A stretch of 37,787 nucleotides of DNA from Nitrospiraceae bacterium (GCA_035457545.1 DATIBM010000058.1:1-37787), one strand, 5' to 3'. Counted from the stretch's first letter, positions 20,447 through 30,733 are shown. Notes: generated from the sequence alone by a model not told the origin. Numbers and translations are program-made.

Positions 20447-21595
20447 TCACGCCTCTTGCGGCGAGTTCGTTTGAGCCTGGGCTTGAGTGTCGGCCTGCGC
20501 CGCGCGCAGCCCTTCCACGATTTCATCGAGGTCCCCCTCCAGCACCTGATCCAAGCGATGGAGGGTCAGGCCGATTCGATGATCGGTCACCCGGTTTTGC
20601 GGAAAGTTGTAGGTCCTGATCTTCTCGCTCCGGTCGCCGCTCCCGACCTGGGCCTTGCGATGCTGCGCGATCTCCGCCTCCTGCTTTTCCCGCTCGGCTT
20701 CGACGATGCGGGCCCGCAGGGTTCGCATGGCCTTGTTGCGATTCTTGAGCTGGGAACGTTCGTCCTGACAACTCACCACAACCCCGGTTGGAATATGCGT
20801 GATCCGCACCGCCGAATAGGTGGTGTTGACGCTTTGGCCGCCGGCGCCGGATGAGCAGAAGGTGTCGATGCGAAGATCCTTCGGATCGATCTTCACCTCC
20901 ACCTCATCGACTTCCGGCATCACCGCCACGGTAACGGCGGAGGTATGGATGCGTCCGCTGGCCTCCGTGACCGGCACGCGCTGCACCCGATGCACGCCGC
21001 TCTCGTACTTGAGATGGCCGAACGCGCCCTTCCCCTCGACCAGGACGATGATTTCCTTATAGCCGCCGATCCCGGTCTCCGACGCATCGACCAGTTCGGT
21101 CCTCAACCCTTTGCGCTCCGCGTATTTCATGTACATGCGGAGCAGATCGCCCGCGAACAGGGCGGCCTCTTCTCCTCCCGTGCCGGCGCGTATTTCCAGG
21201 AAGACGCTTTTCTCGTCCCTCGGATCCTTGGGCACGAGCAACTCGAACGCACGCTGTTCAAGCCCGCAGCGACGGGCTTCGAGCTGCTCCGCCTCTTCCT
21301 GGGCAAGCCCGCGCAGGTCCGCGTCCGCGGCGCCGTCGCCGAGCAACTGCAGGACCTCCTCCTGCTGCCGGAGGAGGTCCTGTCGAGCGTCAAACAGTTG
21401 CGCGAGCTCTTCGAGCTCTAGTCGTTCTTTGTTGAGCTTGCGAATGAGGGCCGGCTGGGTAAGCACGGCCTCGTCGTGAAGTTGGCGGACCAATTCATCG
21501 TGGCGAGCCTTGGCCGCTTCCCACTTGGAGAGCAGAGCGGTTTCCTTGATGTCCGACACTGGTCCGTTGGCCACGGGATGGCCTCTCGTTTCCAT
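20447..21595 (-). CDS. prfA: Peptide chain release factor 1
   Basis: [21 protein letters not shown] (PxT motif), [23 protein letters not shown]; true start may be slightly downstream. Confidence 0.98.
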   Translation of the reverse strand: METRGHPVANGPVSDIKETALLSKWEAAKARHDELVRQLHDEAVLTQPALIRKLNKERLELEELAQLFDARQDLLRQQEEVLQLLGDGAADADLRGLAQEEAEQLEARRCGLEQRAFELLVPKDPRDEKSVFLEIRAGTGGEEAALFAGDLLRMYMKYAERKGLRTELVDASETGIGGYKEIIVLVEGKGAFGHLKYESGVHRVQRVPVTEASGRIHTSAVTVAVMPEVDEVEVKIDPKDLRIDTFCSSGAGGQSVNTTYSAVRITHIPTGVVVSCQDERSQLKNRNKAMRTLRARIVEAEREKQEAEIAQHRKAQVGSGDRSEKIRTYNFPQNRVTDHRIGLTLHRLDQVLEGDLDEIVEGLRAAQADTQAQAQTNSPQEA

Positions 21596-21634
21596 GTTGG
21601 CAGGTGACGTGAGACATGACGCACCGGCTGCGAA

Positions 21635-21841
21635 CTATGTGGCTTTCTTGGCGTACTTCTTTTTAAACCGCTCGACCCGCCCTTCCGTATCGACGATCTT
21701 CTGCATGCCCGTGAAGAACGGATGGCAGCTCGAACAGATATCGACCTTCAGATCACCGACCGTCGTGCGCGTGCTGAACCGGGCGCCGCAGGCGCAACTG
21801 ATCCAGGCCGTCCGGTACCCGGGATGAATGCCTTTCTTCAT
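21635..21841 (-). CDS. rpmE: 50S ribosomal protein L31 (zinc-binding type)
   Basis: [33 protein letters not shown]. Confidence 0.98.
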   Translation of the reverse strand: MKKGIHPGYRTAWISCACGARFSTRTTVGDLKVDICSSCHPFFTGMQKIVDTEGRVERFKKKYAKKAT

Positions 21842-21868
21842 GTACGTATCCTCTCAAGCTCCGCCCAG

Positions 21869-23116
21869 TTAGCGATTCATCGACAACAGAAAATCTTGAT
21901 TGCTTTTGGTTCCCTGCATCTTGTCCATCAAGAACTCCATGGCCTCGACCGTTCCCAGCGGACTCAGCACCTTCCGCAGGATCCACATCTTATTGAGGCG
22001 ATCCTTATCCACAAGGAGTTCCTCTTTTCGCGTGCCGGACTGGGCGATGTCAATAGCCGGGAAGATCCGCTTGTCCGCCAGCCGGCGATCGAGGTGGACT
22101 TCCATATTGCCCGTTCCCTTGAACTCTTCGAAAATGACGTCATCCATGCGGCTGCCGGTATCGACCAGGGCGGTCGCCATGATCGTGAGGCTCCCGCCGT
22201 TCTCGATGTTGCGGGCGGCGCCGAAGAACCGCTTGGGGCGCTGCAACGCGTTGGAATCCAATCCGCCGGACAGGACCTTGCCGCTCGGCGGCGCGATCGT
22301 ATTATAGGCGCGCGCTAGACGCGTGACGCTGTCCAGCAGAACAACAACATCCCGCTTGTGCTCGACGAGCCGCTTGGCCTTCTCCAACACCATTTCCGCA
22401 ACCTGGGCATGGCGCTGCGCCGGCTCGTCGAACGTCGAGCTGATCACCTCGGCGCGGACCTGCCGCTGCCAATCGGTGACCTCCTCCGGACGCTCGTCGA
22501 TCAGCAACACGATCAAGACCACCTCGGGATGGTTCTTGATGATGGCCCGCGCAATGGCCTGCAAGAGCATGGTCTTGCCGGTTCGCGGCGCAGCCACGAT
22601 CAATCCACGCTGTCCCTTCCCGATGGGCGTAGTCAGATCCATGACCCGCGTGCAATACTCTTCCGGATCGTATTCGAGCTTGATCCGCTCTTCGGGATAG
22701 AGTGGCGTGAGGTTGTCGAACAGGATCTTGTCCCGCGCAACCTCCGGATCCTCGAAGTTGACCTTCTCGACCTTCAAGAGCGCGAAATACCGTTCGCTCT
22801 CCTTGGGCGGCCTGATCTGGCCCGACACAATGTCGCCGGTCCTGAGATTAAACCGGCGAATCTGGGAGGGAGATATATAGATATCATCCGGCCCGGGCAG
22901 ATAATTTGAATCGGGCGCCCTCAGGAATCCGAATCCATCCGGGAGAGTTTCCAACACTCCCTCGCCAAACACCACGCCGTTCTTCTCGGTTTGCGCCTGC
23001 AGGATGGCAAAGATCAGCTCCTGTTTGCGCAAATTGGCCGCGTTCTCGATTTTCAGATCGCGGGCCACTTCGTTCAGATCGGCGATTGACTTCTGCTTCA
23101 ATTCAGCCAAATGCAT
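21869..23116 (-). CDS. rho: Transcription termination factor Rho
   Basis: [49 protein letters not shown]. Confidence 0.99.
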   Translation of the reverse strand: MHLAELKQKSIADLNEVARDLKIENAANLRKQELIFAILQAQTEKNGVVFGEGVLETLPDGFGFLRAPDSNYLPGPDDIYISPSQIRRFNLRTGDIVSGQIRPPKESERYFALLKVEKVNFEDPEVARDKILFDNLTPLYPEERIKLEYDPEEYCTRVMDLTTPIGKGQRGLIVAAPRTGKTMLLQAIARAIIKNHPEVVLIVLLIDERPEEVTDWQRQVRAEVISSTFDEPAQRHAQVAEMVLEKAKRLVEHKRDVVVLLDSVTRLARAYNTIAPPSGKVLSGGLDSNALQRPKRFFGAARNIENGGSLTIMATALVDTGSRMDDVIFEEFKGTGNMEVHLDRRLADKRIFPAIDIAQSGTRKEELLVDKDRLNKMWILRKVLSPLGTVEAMEFLMDKMQGTKSNQDFLLSMNR

Positions 23117-23553
23117 ACAATCCCCCTTGGCAGGTCACACTACCCCGCTCGTGCTGCTGCACGTAATAGGACGTGAATAATATGAGAAGGTGACAACGAT
23201 AACGGCTGATCTCACACGACCTGATTAAAATTAATTATTGTGGTCTTATGGGTACTTTGATGTAATGGACAAGTTCTGGTGGTTCGCCTCGGCTAGATCT
23301 CGGGTTTATGCATGGCCTGGCTAGGGTTGAGAGGTCATGGTATGGGAAAATGGATGACGAGCGGCCGGTTGACTGCGCGAGCCCATGGCCCTTATTGTCG
23401 TTTGCCCACTGGAGGCAGCCGCGAATAGCACAGCACGAAACCTCGTGTATCAGGAGCCTTCCGGCTTCCCCGAAATGTTGATCGCGAAATCGACTCCGAG
23501 AGTTGGCTTAAAACGGTTGGGGTAATCAGGGTCCGGTAAGTACGATCAATGTC

Positions 23554-23582
23554 ATGCTAACGCTGGGATACTGTAATGTCAA
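23554..23582 (-). promoter_or_regulatory. Putative sigma70 promoter of the rho operon
   Basis: Minus strand TTGACA-17 bp-TAGCAT, about 430 bp upstream of the rho ATG. Confidence 0.6.
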
Positions 23583-23726
23583 GTAGCAGACAGAAATTCC
23601 CGTCCCTAACGGGGGTAGGCGCCGTCTTGTTCATTCAGAAAGTCTTCAACCGCGGCTTCTCCCGCCCGCGAGCCTCGTTGCGTCACACCACGGCTTGTGC
23701 TAAGCAGTCGCTTGAGGAACAGTCCT

Positions 23727-24143
23727 ATGAATGAACATGAGCCGGCCGATCCCCCGGAACGAACTTTTTCTCTCACGGAAGCGAACGTTCTCATTCCTCA
23801 CTTGAGAGCGCAATTTCTGCGCATCCGAACGGCCCGCACCGTCCTGGCCAAGATCGGCGGGGAGATCCGGAAAGCCAGCGCGAACATCGAAATGGGAGGC
23901 GGCAGCCCTTACGGAGGCCGCTATCTCCAATCCCTGGATGACATTGCGAGCGGCATCCAGGCGCTACAGGAAACCGGCGTGCTGATTAAGGACCTGGACA
24001 GCGGGCTCTGTGATTTTCCGTACCTTTCGGAAGGCCGCATTGTCTACCTCTGTTGGCAATTCGGCGAAGAGGAAATCCGTTGGTGGCACGAAATCACCAG
24101 CGGCTTTCAAGGCCGACAGCCCCTGGAATCGCTGACCCGATAG
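23727..24143 (+). CDS. DUF2203 family protein
   Basis: RTFSLTEAN.LIP...GVLIKDLDSGLCDFP...VYLCW..GEEEI.WWH....GF.GRQP; GAGG RBS before ATG 23727. Confidence 0.85.
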   Translation: MNEHEPADPPERTFSLTEANVLIPHLRAQFLRIRTARTVLAKIGGEIRKASANIEMGGGSPYGGRYLQSLDDIASGIQALQETGVLIKDLDSGLCDFPYLSEGRIVYLCWQFGEEEIRWWHEITSGFQGRQPLESLTR

Positions 24144-24220
24144 CGCTTGAACGTTAAACGACAAATCATCTCATCTGCATCATCATCGTCCCACAGAAAC
24201 CAGAAGTGGTTGAACAGTCG

Positions 24221-24508
24221 ATGAAATTCGTCATTCTTGGCTTCGACGGCCCCGACGGGGAAGCGAGACGGAAAATCCATCGACCGGCGCACCTGGCACG
24301 GTTGGAGCCACTCGATGCTCAAGGCCGAGTGGTGTTGGCCGGACCCTTGACGGACAAAGCAGGAAGCCTGATTGTCATCGAAGCCGATTCGCTTGAGGAA
24401 GCTCAACGATTCGCGCAGGAAGACCCCTATGTCCGGTTTGGCGTCTTCGAACGGGTGGAGGTCCATCCCTTTATGCAGGTGTTCCCGAAAGCGGCCCTCC
24501 CCTCATAA
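24221..24508 (+). CDS. YciI family protein
   Basis: RPAHLARL, VLAGP, GSLIV, DPYV..GV motifs. Confidence 0.9.
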   Translation: MKFVILGFDGPDGEARRKIHRPAHLARLEPLDAQGRVVLAGPLTDKAGSLIVIEADSLEEAQRFAQEDPYVRFGVFERVEVHPFMQVFPKAALPS

Positions 24509-24710
24509 TCCCGTCCATATCATCTCATCCCGCTTATTGACCCATCTCTCCAGATGAGCCGCTCCCTCTCCCGCACGTTCGGTCGACGGTCGTCTTCGTA
24601 AGCCTGCGCATTTCAACCCTCAAACAACCCTCTCGTCGCCTTTCGTGGTTTGCCCGAAGCACAGTCGGGCGGTAAGCTTTCAAGACAGCCTGCTCTCCAA
24701 TAACGGCCAC

Positions 24711-25973
24711 ATGCTGTTTCGCAGCCAGCTCTCAGTCTTCACCCTGACGGTTATCCTCGCGACCATTCTCACCGCTTCCCCTTTCGCGCTGGCTGGCGAC
24801 CTTCGGACCGTCGTCAGTGAGGCCGTCTACGTCATGGCGGACCGAGACACGTTGGCTTCGGCGTGGCAAGCGGCGCTGCTCCGGGCCAAACAGAAGGCCA
24901 TCGAGCAGGCGGGGATGTATGTGGAAAGCTGGTTCACCGACGCATCACGCGAGACGGCCACCGACAGTCGCCAGACCAGCTCATTGGTGATCCGTACCAT
25001 TGCGGCGGCTATCACCGAGACGGAAATCCTCGACCAAGAAAGTTCCATCACCGAAGGACGGCCGTCGTTTTATGTCAAGATTCGAGCCGTGGTGGATCGC
25101 ACACATTTGGCCGACGCTGTCCGGCGGTTGCAATTGGAGGACCGTTTCGCCGGCCACCTTCAACAGCTCAAAACCGAGAATTCGAGCCTCAAAGCCGAGC
25201 TTTCCAAGCTGACCCATGAACTGGAAGACTATCGAAACAATCGAAGCCCCGTCCGCATCGAAACGCCGGATGAATTGGTCCAGCGAGCGTTCAAGACCTC
25301 CCGGCTTTCCGAGAAGGTTCTTTTGGCAACGCAAGCCATCAACATGAATCGACAATTGGCGGAGGCCTATGTGGTGCGGGGACAGACGTACCTGAAGGCG
25401 GCCAGCGCGACGAAGACACGTCATGGTCCCGATGCGGACTTCGACCTTTTCATTCGCATGGCCTCCGGCGACTTCTCCCGGGCCCTGGCCATCGACCCCT
25501 ACCAGACCTGGGCGCTGCTCGGCCGCGCGGAAGTCCACGGTCTACAAGGCAACTTCGCCGAATCCCTGAGTGATTATCGCCAGCTCCTGGACATCGACCC
25601 GCTGTTTGATCTGGCCCGGCAGCGGATGACGGTTCTGGCGATCCGCACAGCCAAGCAACATATCGCTGCCCGCCGCTGGTCAGACGCCTCGGCGATACTG
25701 GACGGCCTTCTCGGCGGTGACCCGCTTCCCTCATGGGTCCCGTATCAGGCCGAAGCCTACCTCCTTCGTAGCAGAGTCCGCAGGGCGCTTCACCGCCAGA
25801 AGGACGCGCTCGAAGATCTCAACACGCTGTTGGCTGCCCTTCCCCTTCACGCGGAGGCCCTCCGCCAGCGCGGGCAATTGCACGAAACCCTCGGCCTGAC
25901 CGGAGAAGCGATCTCGGACTTCGAGCAGGCCTGTGCCCTGGGTCTGAAAGCCGCTTGTCGATCATCCTCATGA
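24711..25973 (+). CDS. Secreted TPR-repeat protein
   Basis: Signal peptide (ending ALA), N-terminal alpha/beta region, coiled coil, several TPR-like repeats (AEAYVVRG, ALLGRA, AEAYLLRS, AEALRQRG..AISDFEQAC.LG). Confidence 0.75.
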   Translation: MLFRSQLSVFTLTVILATILTASPFALAGDLRTVVSEAVYVMADRDTLASAWQAALLRAKQKAIEQAGMYVESWFTDASRETATDSRQTSSLVIRTIAAAITETEILDQESSITEGRPSFYVKIRAVVDRTHLADAVRRLQLEDRFAGHLQQLKTENSSLKAELSKLTHELEDYRNNRSPVRIETPDELVQRAFKTSRLSEKVLLATQAINMNRQLAEAYVVRGQTYLKAASATKTRHGPDADFDLFIRMASGDFSRALAIDPYQTWALLGRAEVHGLQGNFAESLSDYRQLLDIDPLFDLARQRMTVLAIRTAKQHIAARRWSDASAILDGLLGGDPLPSWVPYQAEAYLLRSRVRRALHRQKDALEDLNTLLAALPLHAEALRQRGQLHETLGLTGEAISDFEQACALGLKAACRSSS

Positions 25974-25989
25974 TCACGCCTGTGGCGCG

Positions 25990-26019
25990 TTGACACCGTT
26001 CAGAATCGCTCGCTATAGT
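25990..26019 (+). promoter_or_regulatory. Sigma70 promoter of the oxidoreductase operon
   Basis: TTGACA-18 bp-TATAGT, about 200 bp upstream of the first ATG. Confidence 0.7.
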
Positions 26020-26226
26020 AATCGCTTAGATCACGTCGATGGGCCTGAAACCAAGAGATCGCGCACTTAGCCCGAAAGGCCTAAGCTGTGAATCGAGCGA
26101 TGGCCCGAAATTTCTCCACGGTGGGCCTTCTGTGAACTTGCACAACTCGCTGAGAAAGCATAAAGTGTGGCCCAGCTTCCGCCACGAGCGCGCAATCTCA
26201 TTTCTAACGTCGGAGCCCGATCAACA

Positions 26227-26862
26227 ATGAGCGAATATCGTGTCTTACCAGGCCCAGAGCATTTCTTGCCTCCCGCCGCCGCGTCCATGGGTATCGTTCT
26301 GCCGAATCCGGGAGAGGCGCATATCAACGGCGTCATCGTCCCGGAAGAAAAGGCCATGGAAGAGGCGGCGCGGCAGTTTCTCATGGCCCGCGTTCCGACG
26401 ATTTTCCCCGGTCCCTTGGTGCTGTGGGCCTGGAATGAGAAAGCGGCGAAAAAGGCGGCGGCGGTCCGGCACCTGTATGAAACGATCAAGGAGTGCGTCA
26501 CTCCGGAACAAAAGGCGATGCTCATTCCCATGCCCGACTATCGCCCCAAGTACCCGAAAATCAATCCCGAAGTCGAGATCAACCCGAACCACCCGAATCT
26601 GACGATCTGGCACAACAAGATCGATGCCTGCATGTTCGTGGGCGTCCATTGTCATCAAGCGAACCTGTCGCTCAAGATCATCCGCGGCGGCACGTCCTGC
26701 TATACGATCGCCATGTGCGCCCAGGCTGGTCACGAGGACGCGATGCTGTCATTCCGCGACGCGTCGGTCGAAAAAATCCTGCGTCTCGCGGAGTGGGTTA
26801 AGAGATTGAAAGGCTCGGTTACCGTGCGAAAAGCGTCCGGGCGCAGTACGGCATCAAATTAA
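26227..26862 (+). CDS. porD: Five-subunit 2-oxoacid (probably pyruvate):ferredoxin oxidoreductase, delta subunit
   Basis: YRVLPGPEHFLPP, PTIFPGP, MPDYRPKYPKINPEVEINPNHPNLTIWHNKI, GVHCH; first gene of the cluster. por versus for assignment is from recall. Confidence 0.8.
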   Translation: MSEYRVLPGPEHFLPPAAASMGIVLPNPGEAHINGVIVPEEKAMEEAARQFLMARVPTIFPGPLVLWAWNEKAAKKAAAVRHLYETIKECVTPEQKAMLIPMPDYRPKYPKINPEVEINPNHPNLTIWHNKIDACMFVGVHCHQANLSLKIIRGGTSCYTIAMCAQAGHEDAMLSFRDASVEKILRLAEWVKRLKGSVTVRKASGRSTASN

Positions 26863-26918
26863 ATCCATCGACCTAATCCGGAAGCCCGAATGGGCTGACT
26901 GACAAGGAGGCTCGATCC

Positions 26919-28130
26919 ATGGCTGACCCCAAATCCCTGATCGGGACACAAAATAAAAAAGGGCAAACCTATACGGACCCGTGGAAGATGATGCACGAGG
27001 CGCCCCGCACCCCGTCGTTCTACACGGGCAGCGAGGTGATCAAGGAGGCCATCCGCCGCGCGAGTTGCGACGTGATGATCGCCTACCCCATCACGCCGCA
27101 GTCGGAAGCGGCGGCCCTGATCGGGGAATTGTTCGCCGAGGGTTACATCGGCGACTACTTCCGCGGTGAAAGCGAGTTCGCCGTCATGTCGCAATGCGCC
27201 GGCGCCGCATTCGGCGGAGCCCGGGTCTTCACGACCACCGCCGGGCCCGGCACGATGCGCGCGATGGAGAATTTCCCCATGTGGGCGGGAGCGCGGCTGC
27301 CGATCCAGATGATCGTGACCTGTCGCGGCATCAACTCTCCGTTGTCGATTCAACCCGACACGCTGGAGATCTCCTACCTGCTCAACACCGGCATGCTGGT
27401 CTGGCACGCCGAAACCGCCCAGGACTTCTTTGATTGGATTCTAAAGGGCTATATGGTGTCCGAGGAGCCCGACGTGCATCTGCCGCTGGCGCTCTGCTGC
27501 GACGGCTTCTTCGTCACGCATACGAAGGACGTCGTGCAACTGACGCCGGCCGATATGTGCCTGCCTCCCTACGATCCCTACCGCTCGCCGGTCCCCTGCA
27601 TGGACATGGAGTGTCCGCCGGTCCGGATGATGCGCGATCCCTTCGTGATGAAGAGCAATTACATCAGCTACGCCACCCATGCCAGTTGGCAACAAGAGGT
27701 GTGGGCGGCCGTGGAACGCTCGCGCAAGCACACCAGCCACTGGATCAACGGCCTCATCGATGCGGAAAACACCGACGCCGACGTGATGATCGTGTCTTCG
27801 GGCACGGCGGTCTCTCAGGGACGGGAAGCGATCCGGCTGCTGGAAGACGAAGGCCTGCGGTGCGGCCTGGTGAAGGTCAAGACGTTGCGGCCCTGGCCGG
27901 GCGAGGAAATCCGCGAAGCGACCAAACACGCGAAGCATATTTTCGTGCCGGAATTCAACGTCACCGGCTGGCTGGCGAAAGAGATCCGGGCGACGATTCC
28001 GAACAGCGACCGCGTCCACGCCGGCCCCCATGTTTGCGGCGGGATGACCATGCCGCCGGAAATCATCGTGTCGGAAATCAAGACCGCGCTCGGGATGAAG
28101 ACCTTCTCCCTCGCCGGACGCGGCAGTTGA
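26919..28130 (+). CDS. porA: 2-oxoacid:ferredoxin oxidoreductase alpha subunit
   Basis: AYPITPQSE, ESEF, TTAGPG, DGFFVTH, LRPWP. Confidence 0.9.
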   Translation: MADPKSLIGTQNKKGQTYTDPWKMMHEAPRTPSFYTGSEVIKEAIRRASCDVMIAYPITPQSEAAALIGELFAEGYIGDYFRGESEFAVMSQCAGAAFGGARVFTTTAGPGTMRAMENFPMWAGARLPIQMIVTCRGINSPLSIQPDTLEISYLLNTGMLVWHAETAQDFFDWILKGYMVSEEPDVHLPLALCCDGFFVTHTKDVVQLTPADMCLPPYDPYRSPVPCMDMECPPVRMMRDPFVMKSNYISYATHASWQQEVWAAVERSRKHTSHWINGLIDAENTDADVMIVSSGTAVSQGREAIRLLEDEGLRCGLVKVKTLRPWPGEEIREATKHAKHIFVPEFNVTGWLAKEIRATIPNSDRVHAGPHVCGGMTMPPEIIVSEIKTALGMKTFSLAGRGS

Positions 28131-28213
28131 GACGCAGACCGGTCGAAAGGTTCACGAGGATCAGCCAACAGAGTTCGCCATACCGATAGACTGACGCCGT
28201 AGAGGAGGCCCCA

Positions 28214-29119
28214 ATGAGCAAAGAGCGGATTAAGATCGCACCGGAACTCTTCGATATCATGCCGCCGGAGTATCAGGATCTCGTCCAGCGGTCCACCTAT
28301 GGAAAAGAAGACCGCGGGTGGAAGGACATCGGCAATTCCAAGGAGCTGATCGAGCAGCATTCCTTGTGCGCCGGCTGTCCCGAATCCATGGCCTTCCGGT
28401 ACATTCTCGCGTCTTTGCCGGCTCCCGAGGATACGGTCATGGTCGGGTCCACCGGCTGTACGAGCCTCGTGTTCCCCATGGTGGCCGTCCACAATATCCA
28501 CTCGTTGTTCGGCAACCAGAACGCCATCGCCTCCGGCTTGAAGCGGGCCCTGACGGTCCGCTTTCCCGGCAAGGTCAAGGATGTGGTGGTGCTGGCCGGC
28601 GACGGCGCCACGGTGGATATCGGATTGGACATGACGTTACAGGCGTGGTTCCGCCAGGAGAAGTTCACCACGATCTGCTTCGACAACGAGCTGTATGCCA
28701 ACACCGGCGGCCAGGAGAGCGGGCTGATGCAGAAGGGCTTCGTCGCCAAGATGGCGCCGGTCGGCAAGCTGTTTGACAAGGTGCGGCTGCCGGAAATCGC
28801 CCGCGAATCGGGCTGCCATTACGTGGTGAATTGCACCGTGAGCAAGCCCTCGCTCGTCGAGAAAGTCATCCGAAACGCGGTCCTGATCGCCCGGGAGATC
28901 GGACCGACCTATCTGCAGCTCTATACGCCCTGCATTCTGGAGATCGGCAAGAACAGCATGGAAGGGCTCCAGGAAATGCGGGATTCCGAGAAGCCGACCG
29001 AGCGGTTCGCCTACAAGGAGTACATCAGCGAGCCGGCCAAGCAATTCCTGGCCGAGATGGCCGCCAAGGAGAAGGAAAAGAAAGCCGCCGCCAAGCAATT
29101 GGCCGGGCAGCAGGCCTAA
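28214..29119 (+). CDS. porB: 2-oxoacid:ferredoxin oxidoreductase beta subunit
   Basis: CAGC, TGC, GDG...DNELYANTGGQ TPP-binding motif, YTPC. Confidence 0.9.
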   Translation: MSKERIKIAPELFDIMPPEYQDLVQRSTYGKEDRGWKDIGNSKELIEQHSLCAGCPESMAFRYILASLPAPEDTVMVGSTGCTSLVFPMVAVHNIHSLFGNQNAIASGLKRALTVRFPGKVKDVVVLAGDGATVDIGLDMTLQAWFRQEKFTTICFDNELYANTGGQESGLMQKGFVAKMAPVGKLFDKVRLPEIARESGCHYVVNCTVSKPSLVEKVIRNAVLIAREIGPTYLQLYTPCILEIGKNSMEGLQEMRDSEKPTERFAYKEYISEPAKQFLAEMAAKEKEKKAAAKQLAGQQA

Positions 29120-29138
29120 ACCACCAAGAGGATCGACC

Positions 29139-29846
29139 ATGATTAAAAAGCGACTGAATATCCGAATGTCTGGTTTGGGCGGGCAAGGCGCCGTCACGGC
29201 CGCGCATGTCATGGCGATGGCGGCCAACCGGGACGGGAAGTTCTCGATCTCCAATCCGTTCTTCGGCGCGGAGAAACGGATGGCGCCGGCGGAAAGCTAT
29301 TGCCGCATCGGCATCGAGCGGATCTATGACCGGGGCGAGCTGGTCTTCCCGGACGTCATCGAGGTGTTCCATCCCCAGGTGATCACGATGGGGAAGAGCT
29401 ACACGATGCCCTTTTATTCGGGCATCAAGGAAGGCGGCGTGGTGATCATCAATTCCGACGTGCCGCTGCTGTCCGAGGAAGACATCGAGCGGCTCAAGGA
29501 TTTGAACGTCGCCACGCTGTATATCCCGGGCACCCAAATCGCGCTGGAAATCGCCGGCACGGAGCTTTCCACGAACATGACCATGATCGGCTCGGTGGCG
29601 GGGATCACCAAGTGCGTGACGATGGAAGCCCTCGACGGGGCGCTCCAGGAGCGGTTCGGCAAGAAGTTCGTCGCCTCGGGCGGCACGGCCTCGTTGGACG
29701 AAGCCATCAAGAAGAAGTTCGCGAAGAAGGAAATGCTGCTCCAGAAGAATCTGGCCACCGTTCGGCGGGCCTATGAAATCGGAGCGGAGTGGGCCGAGAA
29801 AAACAAGGTGGAACTGCGGGTCGGGAATCCGGCGGTCGCGGCGTAA
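29139..29846 (+). CDS. porC: 2-oxoacid:ferredoxin oxidoreductase gamma subunit
   Basis: IRMSGLGGQGAVT, PFFGAEKR.AP, NMTMIG. Confidence 0.9.
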   Translation: MIKKRLNIRMSGLGGQGAVTAAHVMAMAANRDGKFSISNPFFGAEKRMAPAESYCRIGIERIYDRGELVFPDVIEVFHPQVITMGKSYTMPFYSGIKEGGVVIINSDVPLLSEEDIERLKDLNVATLYIPGTQIALEIAGTELSTNMTMIGSVAGITKCVTMEALDGALQERFGKKFVASGGTASLDEAIKKKFAKKEMLLQKNLATVRRAYEIGAEWAEKNKVELRVGNPAVAA

Positions 29847-29868
29847 TCGAGAGAAGGATACAGAACGC

Positions 29869-30147
29869 ATGTATAACGTAGCCCAAGTGATCGACGACAA
29901 ATGCACGGCCAAGAAGGGCTGCCGGCTGTGCATTATGTATTGTCCGGAGGCCAACTGCCTGGACCTCAATGTCAGCAAAATGGTCGCGGAGGTCACCATC
30001 GAGCGGTGCAAAGGCTGCGAGCTCTGCGTCGTGGTCTGTAACGCGGCCAAGCACCAGGCGATCGAGATGGTGGCGGTCAGCGCCGACGGCACGCTCATGT
30101 CCAAGAAGGGAGAATCCGCCGCCTTGGGTCAAGCCTACCAAGGTTGA
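29869..30147 (+). CDS. porE: Ferredoxin-like epsilon subunit, 2[4Fe-4S]
   Basis: C..KKGCRLCIMYCP and CKGCELCVVVC; start at ATG 29869 after AAGGA. Confidence 0.85.
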   Translation: MYNVAQVIDDKCTAKKGCRLCIMYCPEANCLDLNVSKMVAEVTIERCKGCELCVVVCNAAKHQAIEMVAVSADGTLMSKKGESAALGQAYQG

Positions 30148-30169
30148 GCCTTCGTCACGGTAGTTGCAG

Positions 30170-30203
30170 AAACCCCATGGCGTCCGCGCCGTGGGGTTTT
30201 TTT
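30170..30203 (+). terminator. Intrinsic terminator of the oxidoreductase operon
   Basis: AAACCCCATGGCG-TCCG-CGCCGTGGGGTTT stem-loop followed by a T run. Confidence 0.85.
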
Positions 30204-30234
30204 ATTCGATCCGAATCAGCAGGGAGCGCAGACA

Positions 30235-30504
30235 ATGGAACGGGAAGACAATACCGTCACCGCCTTACTCATGGATATCGCCGGCCTGCTCAGGGAATTT
30301 CCCCAGGCGCTGGAGCAGCGGGCGGCTGAGATCCAGGCCACCGGCAAGGATCCGGAGCTGGTCGGCAAGTTGATGAAGGGCGCGGACGCCATGCGGGACA
30401 GCGGCAACATCTACCTGTCCTGGGCCAAGCACTATGCCGACCTCTCCGAGGGCAACTCCGATGCTTCCTCCGAAGAGGACGAAACGGAGGATTTCGACGT
30501 GTAA
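30235..30504 (+). CDS. Small acidic hypothetical protein
   Basis: GGGAG RBS, host-like codon usage, helical core, acidic tail; no recognisable family. Confidence 0.7.
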   Translation: MEREDNTVTALLMDIAGLLREFPQALEQRAAEIQATGKDPELVGKLMKGADAMRDSGNIYLSWAKHYADLSEGNSDASSEEDETEDFDV

Positions 30505-30609
30505 GCCGCGAGATCGGAAAAACGAGGCGGTATTCCCTTCCCCCGAGTTTGTGCTACAATCGCGCCCTGCCCGACCTCATCGAGGTCAGCTTCCATACGA
30601 AGATCACGT

Positions 30610-30685
30610 TCCCCGGTAGCTCAGTTGGTAGAGCGATCGGCTGTTAACCGATTGGTCGCAGGTTCGAGTCCTGCCCGGGGAGCCA
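30610..30685 (+). tRNA. tRNA-Asn (GTT)
   Basis: TCCCCGGTAGCTCAGTTGGTAGAGCGATCGGCT-GTT-AACCGATTGGTCGCAGGTTCGAGTCCTGCCCGGGGAGCCA; 76 nt with encoded CCA. Confidence 0.98.
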
Positions 30686-30691
30686 TCATCG

Positions 30692-30733
30692 GAAGGGCAG
30701 TCTCTCAAACGAGCGGTAGCCCTTCTCACTTTT
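30692..30733 (+). terminator. Hairpin after tRNA-Asn (terminator-like)
   Basis: GAAGGGC...GCCCTTC stem followed by TCACTTTT. Confidence 0.45.

Noticed and set aside
26039-26110. c-di-GMP-I riboswitch (GGCCTGAAACC and a GAAA tetraloop)
   Set aside because: Element order is wrong and the GGCAAACC / GACGCAAAGC core is missing.
26227-26862. CO dehydrogenase beta subunit
   Set aside because: A common automated label for this family, but the context shows it is the oxidoreductase delta subunit; no CODH catalytic gene is present.
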